This document shows positions 11,209 through 24,278 of a stretch of 64,000 nucleotides of DNA, in pieces. Position 1 is the first letter of the stretch. Every line of letters starts with the position of its first letter. Source of the stretch: Klebsormidium nitens (taxonomy: Eukaryota; Plantae; Klebsormidiophyceae); contig DF237082.1 in the NCBI GenBank assembly GCA_000708835.1, positions 115,702 through 179,701 of the forward strand, given 5' to 3'. The notes beneath the pieces were generated by a model. That model was not told where the DNA came from, did no database searches, and worked only from the letters and a program-made list of their open reading frames with translations. A program made the position numbers and the translations under genes.

Positions 11209-14200
11209 TCAATAGTTCCACGACTGCTGCTGGTTCCCGCCCCTTTGGTTCTGGTACCCCCCGCTGCCGGCAGCCCCCGCGCCCGCCCCCCCGGACAGAG
11301 GCTGCTGCGATTGCGCCTGCTGGGGGTACTGGTGTCCAGCCTGGCTCGGCCCCGATTGCGAGGGGTGGTACAATCCCCCCCCGTAGCCGCCGTGGTGTCC
11401 CTGCTGCGCGTAGTGCTGGTTGCCCCCCGGGATGTTGTAGTACGAGCTCGTGGGGGCGGCCTGGACGTCCCGGGAGAGCCCCTGCAGGCGATATGAGACG
11501 CGAAATCAGACACAGGGGGTGCAAGAAGCGTCTCAACTGTAAGGCCCAGGCAGAAGAGGAAAAAGGGTGGCCGCTGAGGGATGCAGAAGTGGTAAACGCT
11601 TATGGAGTTTGTTTAAAAAGACCCAACTTCCAAAGGATGATAATTCAAACGAATTGTTCGAGTGCTCTTGAGGCATACGGCTGGTTGTTAGTGTTCGCGA
11701 GACATTCTGGATGGCTAGAAGACAAAACACGGGCACCAGTCCACGCACTCCACAAACGACCACTCCCTCATAAGAAAGCATGCTAGCTGTCCAGTCCCGG
11801 TTTTCTGTAAAGTCTGCGGACTACCTTCTTTGCCGCAAGTAGCAAGCAAAGACTTGCTATCAGCCTCATCAGTAAGTGGCCCTTCCTTAACAAAATACGT
11901 AGAGAACAACCTGACCATTCAAGAGCTCAAATTCCAAGAGTCGATAAGGTAACTTGCGAGCCTTACAGCCCTGTTCCTTACCTGCTGGCCTGGGATGTAC
12001 AGGTTGCTCTCCTTGTACTGGCTCGCACTCAGGTCCTCATACCCCGTCGCGTTCGCACTCGACACCGCCGGCGCGCCGCCATAGCCCCCCGGCCCCGCCC
12101 CATACCCGCCATAAGCGCTCGCCCCCGGAGCGCCCCCAGCCGTCGTCCCCGGCTTATACGGCCCGCTCGGATACTTGACACTCGTGCTGACGCCACCAAC
12201 GGGGGGGTAGCTTCCACCCGCGCCGGGGGGGTAGTTCCCACCGGCCGGACCCTGGGGGTACCCGCTGTTTCCGGGGGTCGCGTAGGGCGAGTGTGAATAC
12301 GGGTTGTACATGTAGTTGGGGGGGTGCATCGGGTAAAAGTGCGGGTATTGGTAGGCGCCCGGTGGAAGGTTGGACTGCGCGTAGGCGTGGAGAGGAAGAG
12401 GCTGCTGGGCGGCAAAGCCGCCACCCGGGGGGGAGGCCCCGGTGATGCCGGCCTGGGAGGACTGGCCGCTAGTGCCGGAGGACGAAGAGGCGGCGGCCTA
12501 TATAGAAAGAAAGAAACAAGCTGAGTTACAAATCGAGCGACTATTCGAGCGATCAGAGCAGTACTCCATGGGTACAAGAACCGAATACAATGGTTTTCCA
12601 CAGACCTTTTGCTTCTGCGGCCCCAACGAGTGTTCAAGTTCGTTTGGGGAGTTTACCGCGGTGAAGTCGAAGATATACGAGACGTGGTTCATACGTGACC
12701 AAAACGGCTCTCGTTGATTTCCAGGAACTTAACACAAGTTTCGGCCGTATGCATACCACTGTCTGCGACCCCAATGCTAGAGGATTGGAGTCAACCACTT
12801 TGTCCCCAATCCAAAGCGCTTATCAAAATACAATTTCCGGGTCAGGCCCCCTCCCGCTACCACAACTTACAGGGCCTTTTGAGTGACCCAACAATAAAGT
12901 CACACACCAACGATCCGCCCTGTTTCCTGCAATACACCCCCGTGCTCTTACCTCCTGGCTCTGTGATGAGGCGCCCGTTGAGGTGGCGGATGCGCCATAC
13001 TTGCTGCTGGCGGAAGCAGCGCTACCGAGGCCAGAGTACTTGGTCTCCGTCTCAGACTGGGGCCGGAACGAGGCGTAGAAGTTGCTCGTGGGCTCTCCAT
13101 ACGGCTGCAAGGGGCAAATGGGCGAAAACTAACTATATAGGTTTCCGTTCAAACAGCAGTAGGGCTGAAGAAGGATAATTAGGCATTGCTACGGATGTAC
13201 CGCAAGGTGCCATGGTCAGCGCTGTCTTGGTGGATACGTTTGGCCCAGCCCGCATGCTCGAAAGGCTCTACAATGCTCCACCATGAACAGGATCAGACAT
13301 CCGCCTCCTTTTGTTAGGGGATGCTTGAATAAAATAGGCCCACAACCCACGATGATGATTCCAAGCCAGTCAAGGGGCCTCGATCTAACGTCCACGATCT
13401 CTAAGACTTCATTCCTCCTTGCAATGCCTTCCATCGTCCCCCCAGATCAAGCCAAAGAGTCACTTCCGAAGGACTTACAAAATCTCCTACTCCATCTCAA
13501 TACCGCTCAACAGCCCAATCCTTATGAGCTTGCTGGCCGCATTCTCCCGAACTGCAATATTTGTATGTATCCCCACGGGTGAGTAACCCAATCTGCAGCA
13601 TCTGGGCGCAATCCTCACCGTGCTGAAGCTCGAGAGCCGGGTCGCCTCGCTCCCCTGGCTGTCGATGTCGTATGGGTACTGGCTGGATAGGTGCGGAAGA
13701 CCGACACCCGAGAAACCAGGGTACCCCGGGTACTGCGGATATTGCTGCGCCTGGTGCAGGCTGCTGGTGCCGTCGTGCTTGGCAGCCTCGGAGTGGGAGG
13801 TAGAAGAGGGGGGGAGGGACGACGACTCGGCCACGCTGCTGGGGGGGGCGATGGAGGACGACGGGTGCTGGCTGTAGGCCTGGCTGGTGGCGGAGATGCT
13901 GCGGGGGGGTAACGAAAAGTCTGACATTAGAAACTGAATGGAACAAAACTGTGGTCAAGTGAGAAGGGTTTCGTTGAGGCGCCGCGGAACCGCAGAAGGA
14001 AGACCTTGAGGTCATCAACGATGAGGTATACCGTGCGGATGCTTCATAATGAAACAGGACCGTAAGCCTGCATGAGCGACAACTATACTCCCAGGAGAAA
14101 GCGCCGACAAGCTTTCGCTGGAAGTGAGCGGATCACCTCAGGAAGTCTCAGGAATTCTCGGCACCTTTGACGCATACGCTGCTGTTACAGAAAGCAACCA

Positions 14201-17200
14201 CACCAAAGTCACGGCCCCTCGCTCGCTTACCTGGACGGCACATGCTGCTGCGCCCCGCTCGTGGCCGCCTTGGGCGGTGCCACGCTCTCTCCAAAGCCCC
14301 CAAACCCTGCCCCAAAGCTCCCAAAGCTGAGGCGCGTCCGGTCGGCCTCCGACACCTGGAGTTAAGCTCAAAGGGGTTATGCAAAATAATGGGCAGGTAA
14401 TATTCATGCCCCTAAGGAAAGAGAGGCACCTAACGAAAACCGGGTAGGATTAGGTGGCGGGGAACAATGCTAACAGTGTATGCCTCCAGTTTCACGAGAT
14501 TTCTGCCATTGTAGCGAGTGACAATCTGAGAGGAGCCAGTAACAAATCGAGAAAAGCTATGACCTGCCAAGGACAGGGAGCTTTTGACGGCCAGCTCTGG
14601 CCTTACCGCTGAAGCTCTCTCACAGACCTCTTCACCCATCTCTTAGTCCATCTGCTAGATTCGCGATTCTCCAGAAGCAAACACCATTATCGTAGAGATT
14701 TACCTGGAGGTGTCCTGGGAGAATGACGGGCTTCTCTTCCTGCTGCGGCTGGATGCTCAGGCTCTCCAGCTTGGCAGCGACCGCAGACTGGGGCGGTGAT
14801 GTGGGGCGGTTCATCGGCTCAGACGCGACGGGCGAGGAACCGATCGAGTTGGGCAGGTTGGGACCGGGAGCCTTGGGCTTCCACTCGAGGCCACTGCTTG
14901 GGGCTGCAAAAAGGGGGGGTGGAGTGACGTCAGCTGAAGTAGCTGGTTGGTGTAAGGGGGAATTGATGTTAGCAGAGCGTTGTACGAAGGGTGGTGACAT
15001 CAACGAGGCGATGTGAGTAGAAAGCTGACGGCAGCGCACTTCTGAGAGGAAAAGAAAGGATCGAGCCGACGGGGGAGATAACCCGAGGTATATGCATGAA
15101 AGGACGCGTGCACACCAATCAGGAGGAAGAAGCCCCGACAATCGACTGCAGGAAACCTGCTGGTTTGCAAAGACACCACCCGTGCCGCTGACTAAGGCTC
15201 AGCAGAAAAGCAATCTGCCTCCTCTTTTGTTGCATAAGTAGCCCCCCGCTTCACCAGGAAATCAAGCGAGACAGCTTATACCTGCCCCCAAGAAAGAAAC
15301 AACCACACTAACGCAGGTCCCCTTTTGCTTGTGGTGCCGCCATCAGCCATCACCAAACTTTGGACACACTTCCTGCTAACCACACCAATCTCGAATTGCA
15401 CAACTGCTGCATCCCACATTGAAAAGCCCCCTGGTTATGTTGCTCGGGCAATGTGCCCTTCCCTGACATCATCAGGCTCGTCTGGATACAATAAATCTAC
15501 AAACTGCCAACCTGATCTCTCTTGCACAGCCCTCCTTGCAATACTACACCAAGGGCTCTCATACCTCAAGAACCTTGAGTCTTTGGATGAGAAAGGCCAG
15601 CCAGTGCTCACCCTTTGACACTGCCTGGGGTTGGTAAGCGGGCCTTGACCCATACTGGCTCGTCACCCCAACGCTCCTCCCTGGCGCACGGGCGTCCTCC
15701 GCCCCGTCGCTCACGTCCGACTGCAGCAACGGCCTCTCTTGCGGCATGGGGGGGGGCACGATGGGGGACGCCACAGGCGCGGACTGCCCCCCTGAAATGC
15801 TGCTCTCGCCAATCGAACCCCCCAGGTCCGACGTGCTCGGAGGGGACCCTGCCTGGCCCCCCACGGGCAGGCTCGACTCGTACGACATGCCCCTGTCCTT
15901 GCTGATCGGCCGCTGCGTCCCCACTGTTCCTAGCTCCCGCTTGATCCCCCCTCCCGGCGCCCGCGCGTCAAACGACGGGTGCAATACGGGGTCGGTTGCA
16001 GAAGAATACACCCCCGAGGGGGGGGACGACGGGGCCGCTGCAAGGGCCGACGCTGGCGTGTACTGAGGGGGTGTGGGGGGGGGCTGGGGGGAAGGAGACG
16101 ACGCAGGCTGGGGGGCACTTTGGGGCTGCGTCTGGGGGGGGGTCTGCTGGGTAGATACAGTGGGCTGCGAAGGCTGCTGCTGCTGTTGCTGGTGTCCCTT
16201 TACAATGTCTGCAAGCGTGGATCCAGAACTGCCCCATCCCCCTGCCATGGGGCCCCGCGAGTAGAGGGGCCGCTGGGGCTCGCCACCTGGCGCAGCCACC
16301 CCGGAGCCCGCCGCAAGACCGCTGTATACCAGCGTTGCAAGAGGTTCAGCAACAGAAGCAAAAGCTGAATAACAGCCAGCTCCAGGAGAGATACAGCTGT
16401 TTTGCCAAAAGATGGTGTAACGGCTTACATTCTCCCCCTCACTGCCGCCTTCAAACAACCAAACTATGCACTGAACCCACCAGAGCCCTGAGGGGCACGG
16501 ATAGTTTCTCTCAGATGCAGCCTCAAAGAAGTGAAGAGCTGACAATAGTGCATGCTGAGAGCTTACTTTGCAAGACCTTCCCAGTGCGCAACAGCGTGGA
16601 ACTAATTCCCTATTACTCTTTAACTTTTGAGTGTTTCATAGCAAAATCAGCAGATTCCTCACTGAACCAGCACAGAAGAATCGAATGGACAGCTGGCGGG
16701 CCGTCCTCCGCATGCTCAGTCAGGCCGGTCAAAATGACAACTTTCTCTGGTAACTCAGTCGCCCACTCTAATCCCGACACAGCAAGTACGGGGAACTATG
16801 AACAAGCAGCGCCAAATGCACAAGCAAATGCAGTACTAAAGTCACCCTTTCTCCTCATGTCTGTGCTTTTGACTGTATTGCTCAATGACAGATAAGGTCT
16901 TTTGCAGCAGCTTGGAATTCCCAGCCAATGCCGCTCGATTTTTGGATGCCTCTCACCTCTGCCCTGTCCCTGGTAAAGATGACGCGCCGCTGCTGAAGGC
17001 CGGCGGCAACAAAGACGGTGGGGCGGCTGGAGGTGCTGCCGCAGGCGCTCCCCTGAAATCCAGAATGGAATCAGTGTCAGACAGCGTGCGTCATCCCAGA
17101 AACCTCCTCCTCCCACATTCTTGACCTCCCACTCTCTTGAAGCATTGCTCAGTACAGGGCCCATTGCCCGGGCTTTGCCTCTTGCATAAGATTGCTACTT

Positions 17201-18670
17201 GGCCTTTGCGTGACCAACGCAACTCAACAACACTCCCTTTGATGCTGAAATCCAAGCGACAATTCTCTGTCCCGCAAGCATGCTCCATCTTGCACCTTTT
17301 CAAAGGCAGAGTACTCGACATCTTGCACCTTTTCAATCACAGAGTACTCTACACAAAAAGCAACTGCTCCAGACACCAACAGAGCCGCCACACTGACCCC
17401 TGGGCCGGAGCAAAGGTGTGCTTCTGCTGCCCAGCTGCCGGCTGCGGTGCACCCCCGAGCGATGGGGGCCGCGGATGAATACCATTCTCCCTTGCAGGTG
17501 GGGGGCGCCTGACTCCATTTGTATCTGCATCAAAGCGGAAGGACTCTTTTCCACCTTCCCCACCCCGTTACCGCACGGTCTTGCACATTGCTCAGCAGGT
17601 CTTTTATCTCTCCTGGCGACTTTACTACCCTCCTGTGAACCCCTGTGTATAAATCAATTGAGTATGCTGAAGCATGTGTCAACCAAGTGTGCCCTTTTCA
17701 GGGTTGGTCACAGGTCCTAAATGTGCAGTCTACATCTACTCGGAGCAATATCCAACATTCTTGGCCACAAGTTGCCTCTCATGAGCCGCCCTCAAGCTCC
17801 TCAACCTGGTTTTGACTAGTGCGCATTAATCCTTGGCAAAACGTGTCAGGAATCCTACATTCATCGCTGCCCCAAACTGCCCCCCTCTAACGCAGAAAAA
17901 TGCACTGACCTCCAGACCCTGGCCTTGATGCAAAACCACCCCGCCCTGAGCCCGGTCGATCCAACCCCCCGCTAATGCCTCCTCCACGTCCTCCTCGAAA
18001 GCTGCCCCCCCCAACGGGCGCTCTGGGCCTACCCTCCTGTGCAGGTGACTTACCCGCCGGTGTCTGCACAACCAGATACTGATTGATTGGTTTCCTACGT
18101 AAACTGCCTAAAAATCACAAAAGTACTTGCAAAAAAACCTTTTTCTGGATTTCTGTGATGCAAGCCTGACTGCTCAAAATGGTTTCATTCAATCTTGCTT
18201 GTGAAAGTATTGTGACACTCTGTACCCGCAATTGTACAACCGGATAATGGTGATAATGCTTTCCACATTCGCAGAACACTTACCTCCTTAATCTTCTTCT
18301 TCCGCTTGACGTCTACAAAGGGGTCTGCACGAAGATGAAACTTTTATCACAATTCAGAACAGGGCAAAGCACAAAACAAGCTCATTGTACGTTGAAGCAC
18401 GTCAACTCAGAGTGCCATGTAGAGACAGATGGTTGCTCGATAGGGTTCTGTCCAGCAGCTGCAAGCGGCAGGATAGAGGAACGAACCTTGGTTGAGAAGT
18501 CTCTGCACGGCCTCATTCGGATCCATCCCACATGCTTTTAGCTCTGTGTAAATCTGATCCTCATCTGCTGAAGGCACTATCTCTTTCACCGACTGTACAA
18601 ATTTCTTGGCGCTTTGGGGAATGCCCCCCGCCAAGGCCGGCTTTGCCGACGCTGCACCTGGCTTGCTCAT
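11209..18670 (-). CDS. GBF-interacting protein 1-like / DUF1296 (UBA-like N-terminus), low-complexity P/G/Q/Y-rich protein
   Basis: Exon 18670-18487 gives MSKPG..IPQSAKKFVQSVKEIVPSADEDQIYTELKACGMDPNEAVQRLLNQ; exon 18324-18284 gives DPFVDVKRKKKIKE; exon 18063-17910 is RGG-rich. Later exons carry family motifs GVYSSATDPVLHPS..IKRELG, LEWKPK, VILPGHLQV, LSFGSFG and NFYASFRP. The last exon ends ..QQQSWNY* at 11209. Some internal exon boundaries are approximate. Confidence 0.85.
17286..17351 (+). repeat. 33-bp tandem duplication in an intron
   Basis: CATCTTGCACCTTTTCAAAGGCAGAGTACTCGA is followed directly by CATCTTGCACCTTTTCAATCACAGAGTACTCTA. Confidence 0.9.
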
Positions 18671-19761
18671 GATGACAGACCCCCGCCTGCTCCACAGAGA
18701 GGGGAGCGAACAGACCCTCCTCCTACGAACAAAAAGCACCTTCTTTCAGGCGGTGGCGGACAACGATGGTGGACAAGACGCTACAAAATCTTCTGGTGGT
18801 GAATCCAGCTGGCCCTGAGGCTGCATGAGGTGGGCATTGTCAGAGGTGACCCGTTAATTGGAGAAACGATTGCAGGATACTGTTTACTTGCGTAACGCAG
18901 TGCTCACTATCAGTGAAAGCGTTTCACACATTCGCCGTTGCCAATGATCGCTCTCTAATCAGAGACTCGGACAGTCGAGGTGAACTCTCCTCGCGGCGGC
19001 CTCTTTGGCGGGTAATCCTCTGAGGAACATGACCTTCCTGGGCCAAAATGCTGCGCTTTAGCCTTTAACATTTCAAGAGCAGGTGCCGTAGAGGACTCGG
19101 TTGGGAGCTGCTTTCGCGGACCTCGAGCTGACGTGGAGTGTCGAAGTTTCGCTCGTGTCAGAGTATCTTCTCCTCTCGCGGACCGTTCACTGCACAATAT
19201 CGAACGGTGCAGCGCCGGAAAGAGCCGGAAAAAGATCTGCTTCCAGACTTTAGAGTCAGGAGTCAGGATTCAGGACTGAGGACTCGATCAGCTGCTACAT
19301 AGCGCATTGAAAGTTGCCAATTGGCTGTGCAAGGAGAACAGATCATCCTCAAGAGCGCAGCTAGCTTAGGCGACCCGTCTCTTCAGCAAGTCTTGAAGAT
19401 TCCATACGAGGCCAAATATCGTAATGGGCAATTGAATGGGCTACCTAGAAAACCAAGCATGTCGCAATATGAGCACGATGAGCAAGTCGCATGCAGCCGT
19501 CGCACGCATCACATTAGTAGAGATACATAGTATAACTCGGACTACCGACCACTTTTGAAGATTGACAATAGACTTGGCCATACCCGCATTCAACATTTGT
19601 TAGTGACCGGATGTGAAAGCATGTGTCACGGGATGAAAAAGAGATGCTCAGAAATGGAGCAGGTGAAGCATAGAAGACCTCGTCTTTGACGCCTCGCATG
19701 TATCGTTGATCAACTTCTGCTCGAAGTACAAAGTAGATGTAGCTCCGAAGTGCAAAGCCAA

Positions 19762-22700
19762 CTACGCAGCAGTCCCTTTGCCTGGTGGTGCATTTTCTTC
19801 TTTTTGTTTCTGTTCTTTAACTTGTTCTTCCGTCAAGGGGAGCCAATAGATGCATGGTTTGGCGGTTGTCTTCCGGAAGAGATCGTCAAGCGACCGCATG
19901 GCAGGCTCTGCACAGGTAGGGACAATCTGAGACTTCGACTTTGCTTGATCCTATTGAAGCAAGATAGCTTATTGTCGTTCCTTGCGATGGGTGCGAAGCA
20001 CTCCCGACAAGCAGAGAGCACATCATTAGAGAACAAAACGCCCATGTGACCAATCAAGGACTGGCGCTACATCTTTGGCCCGCAAGACTGACAAAGTACA
20101 TTCGCAAAAAGAAAACAGTAACGTGCTTTCACACCAACGGGTCTCTGAAAGGGTCTCACAATGAGCTACAAGTGGAAACTAACGAATTCCCAAATATGAG
20201 ATCGACGCCAAGATGATGCATCTTAAGAATACTCGTACCACGTTATGAAGGCAGGTGCAGGGAGATCTTCCACAAGTCGTGGAGACTCCGTTTTACACTC
20301 TCTTCGCTCAATTCAATCATCAACAGCAAAGCTCTGCTGGACGGAATGACATCGTCCTGTCCAACGTCTATTCCTTCTGTGTAACTCGTCCTGATTCCAT
20401 TGCGTCACGATGCTTCACCGCCAGCATTATTCCCATTAGCTGGACAAGGAGAGGGCTCACCTGCCACTACTGGAACGGGCTTCTCAGCGACCGGTAGAGT
20501 CAGCCTCTCCTTCACAGGGAGCACCACCCTCTGACTTGCCGTCCCCTTGGCAGCCTCCTCTTTTCCGGCGCTTCGGCTGGCCGCCGCCGCAGCATTTGGC
20601 GGAGGAGGCACGGCAGCCCCCTTCACTCTGCTCTCTACTTCCGACTCTGCAACGAAGCTGACCACCAAGTGCTTGCCCCCCAAGGGAGGCCACTGCAAGT
20701 TGAACAGGGCCTCCCGCGTGCGCACGGCGTCCTCGACGGATTTGAACTGCACGAAAGACGAGAAACGACGTGGCTGCTGAAATCACCAACTCCCAAGTTC
20801 TACCGCTCAACCACGGACAGGGCAATTCTGGATTCGGAGTACGAAACTACCGAAATTTCCCCAGAGTTTCTGAATGGTGGGGCGTCAACATGCCAATCGG
20901 AAGTACGGGATGTGGAATCAAGAGACAATACCGTGATTCAGTCCTCTGGCCAGAAAACGTCATTCTGCACACCTCATAAGTCTCAGAAAACGATATGCAG
21001 TCAAGATTGTTTAATACCATCACAGGCGGCAAGAACCCTTATGCTGATAAGTAGAGCGTTCTGCTCACAAATTACCAGATACTTGCGGCAAATGCGCAAC
21101 TTGAGCCTTAAGCCAGATCGTCCCGGAGCATCATCTACGAAACTAGAGAGGACAGCTGTACAGCGACCAGCAGGGATACACCAGCAAGCCCTAAGAAGGT
21201 TACCAGATCTGCTGCACACCCTGTCTGCCTGCAACACGAAGGAAGCACTGCACTGCAGCCTGCAGCAATTGATCTACCTACATGGCGCAAGGGCAAAGGT
21301 CTTTCTCACCATGACAAAGCAGTGCGTCTTGATCGAGTCCATCCAGAATCCGTTCTCCTCAATGGTTCCAGTTTCGCTCAGCAGCGCACGAAGGGCCCTC
21401 TCAGTAAATGGCCGGACAAGGTTGTTGACACGCACCGAACGGGTTGCTGGACGCGCAGAAGCCGGGACTGTGTCCAGACAAGACAGAGAAAGGACTTTAG
21501 ATCTGTTTTCAAGTCACTCAACTTTGTGGAAGAGACCTGCGACACAAAAAAGCTCGATGGCAGCAAATGAAGCAGTGGTCTCTCAGAAAGGATCTCAGAA
21601 AGAAACTTAGACCAGATGCATTCTGGTTTGCTACCACTCACCATCTCTCTTCCCCGCCTCTCCATTGCTCCTGATTGCCAGGCGAGCAATTGGCCTCGTC
21701 TGGGTCCTGTCTGCAGGTCTTACGCTCTTCTCCTGCTCTGCAGGCTTGCCTTGTGTATCCTCCTTCTTGTCTGGACTGTCATGCCTTTGAACGGGCTTGC
21801 TGGTCTGCACACTTCGCTCTTTCGCTGCCTCCACTTTCTGGAACTTAGCAGGGCGGCCCTCCTTTTCACCTCCATTCTCCAACCTCCCATCTGCACGCAT
21901 CAGGATTGGTGGGGCATCAAGTGACTATCATTCAAAAGAGCACATATGCAGGCCCGAGCAGTGCACACGTAGAGCCGGACAGTGTCTGGCATGACCGGTG
22001 TCATTCGTACCCCTGCATGCATCCCGCATTTTCAATTCTTCATCCTCCTGAAAGCCATGTTTAGCCATCCGCACAGCAGAGCACACTCGATGTGGTGCTC
22101 ATGGGGGTTGCGCAATGTTCTCGCTAAGAGTTAAAGGCCTGCATCTCTTCTGACACAAACCTCACCTTCCTTCTGACTCCTCTTTACGCCGCTCTCTCGC
22201 CTGGGTTCTTTGCCCATTTCACCTTGCTCCTCTTCCATTGCACTACTGCTTGGAACGCTCGTGTCGACTCCGCTCCTGTCGGGATGCTCAGTTGTTGGAG
22301 GCTGTTCCACTGTCTTGGGCTGAGCATTCTCAAGCTGCAAAACACACGGTCTAGCGTTCTGAATCGTTCTGTCAACCTGATGAAACCTCGTGTATCTTGT
22401 AGGCTGGCATTGCAACAAAGGAACATTGCTGTCATCCGCGCATTGAGCGCTTCAACAACTGTTTCATGGCCTTCATCACATGCAAGCAATGCAGCCACGT
22501 AGCGAAGAGTCAGACCGTGCCGCCTGAAACCCCACGACAAATCACACCACCGCAGGCGATGGTACATACCGCTTCGCCCTCTGCCCTGCCTCCTCCCTCA
22601 CTTGGACCCAGAGCACCATCAGACGCTTCAGGTTTCAAAAGGTCTCCCGCTTTTTCTACGGAAGGAGCTTCGGGTGGTGGACCTCCCACAGGAACCTCTG

Positions 22701-23289
22701 CAGGGCCAGCCTCAGGCGCTTTGGGATCGTCAAGGCGGGTGTCTTCAATCTGAGTGTCAGAATGCAGCTCAGGCTTAGCGTCCTCCTTGCTTCCATTCTC
22801 CGCAGGCAGTGCTGGCGCAGTGTCCCGTCCATAATCCTCAGGGGCTGTTGCTGCAGGAGCTTCAATTTCAAAAGGGCCCCTGGCTGAGATGTGGGCATCT
22901 GCTTCAGCCGGCTGCTGTTCCTTCTCTGTCTTTCCAATAATCAAAGTCTCCGCCACTGGAGACAGCACCGGAGGGTCTTCTGTAGTTGCCTTTCCATCTG
23001 CAACCATCTCTGGTTCTGCAGAAAGATCCTCTTGCTTCTTGGCGATCTCTGCAATCTCCATTTGATTTGCGACATCATCAGCCGCTCCATCTTGGTCGGC
23101 AACAGTGTTGGTTTTTGCCTCTGCCTCAAGCTGTTCAGACTCTATGAGTACTGGTTGGCTTTCCTGCCGAACCGCTTCTGATAGCCGCTCTGCAAGCTCC
23201 GCCTTTAATCCCTTGAGCGGAAGACCCCTCTTTTTCAACTCCTCTTTCAACTCGGCAACCTTCAGCTGCCCGATCTGCGCTTGGTCCAT
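19762..23289 (-). CDS. ACIN1: ACINUS (apoptotic chromatin condensation inducer), ASAP/EJC-associated splicing factor: SAP + RRM + RSB motif
   Basis: N-terminal SAP domain [39 protein letters not shown] pieces [44 protein letters not shown] and [33 protein letters not shown]-terminal RSB motif [25 protein letters not shown]. Stop at 19762-19764. Confidence 0.9.
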
Positions 23290-24278
23290 TGCGAGGCTAA
23301 CCGCTGTCAGAAAAGCTAGCTTTGACCTTTGAAGTGGGCAGTAAGACGGTCTAGAACCACGTCCTCCCTTGGCTTTCTGCTCTGTCGCCTCGATCAGAAC
23401 AGGCTGAAGAAATGTTGGGTAGCAAGCTCGAAAGATGGCAATGGCATGCAAGAAAGTGTTCAATCCTTCAAAAAACTCGAATTGGCAAATGGTGCAACCT
23501 TTTCGGTGTGACAAAGTGTGACATCAAAGGGTGCTTGGCGCAGAGTGTCAGCTTTGACACCGATCATTTTTTCTGAGGTTTCGTGCCAAAATGGCTGTCA
23601 AACAGAGTCGTGCTTTTCTCAGGGACTTGCAGAGTGGCTTTGCCAAAGCAACAACTTGAACTCGAGCTCGAAGGTGGTGCAGAGCATCATCAGGCGCGCT
23701 AGGCGGCCGTCACTTCCTTAGCTCGAGCCCCTCGCACTTATCTGCAGCTGTATCGGCAAAGTCAGATTTGCAGTAATCGGCAAAGGGTGGCTGTGCGACT
23801 GTGAGGCCACGCTTCGACGGGCGATCAAGCGGAAGGTAAGCTGGACGAGGCGCAGACAAAAGGCAATGGTCTCCGCAGCTGACGTTGAAAGTCATTCAGA
23901 ATGTAGACGTCTATGTATGTCCATCAGTTTGTCTGGATTGTTCGTTCACTTCGTTTGACATGAACGACTTGTTGATCAGCGGTGTGCCTTAAAATTACCA
24001 CTGTGGCCTCATTGGTGAGCAAGGCGCTGTCTCGTCCTTGTTTTTCGGTCCTTGACCATGTGACTTCTTTCCGTTCTGAGAGCAATTAGATCGAAGAGTT
24101 GTTGCTTTCTTTCATGCGAGCCACCCTGGCCCAGGATCTTAGCATATCCACTGAATTACACTATTTCTCCCCCATTTGAAAGGGGTTGAATTGGAAGCAC
24201 GGTGAGGATGTCTGAGTAGTGACGTGAAGTCATTCTCTGCTAGTTTCAGGTGATCTTGAGGTTTGAACTTTGTGTTCA

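Noticed and set aside
11159-16545. Numerous overlapping GC-rich ORFs on both strands in the ORF track
   Set aside because: They are alternative-frame or antisense shadows of the DUF1296/GIP1-like exons.
20669-21610. 313-aa plus-strand ORF
   Set aside because: It is antisense to ACINUS exons and introns and has no recognisable protein features.
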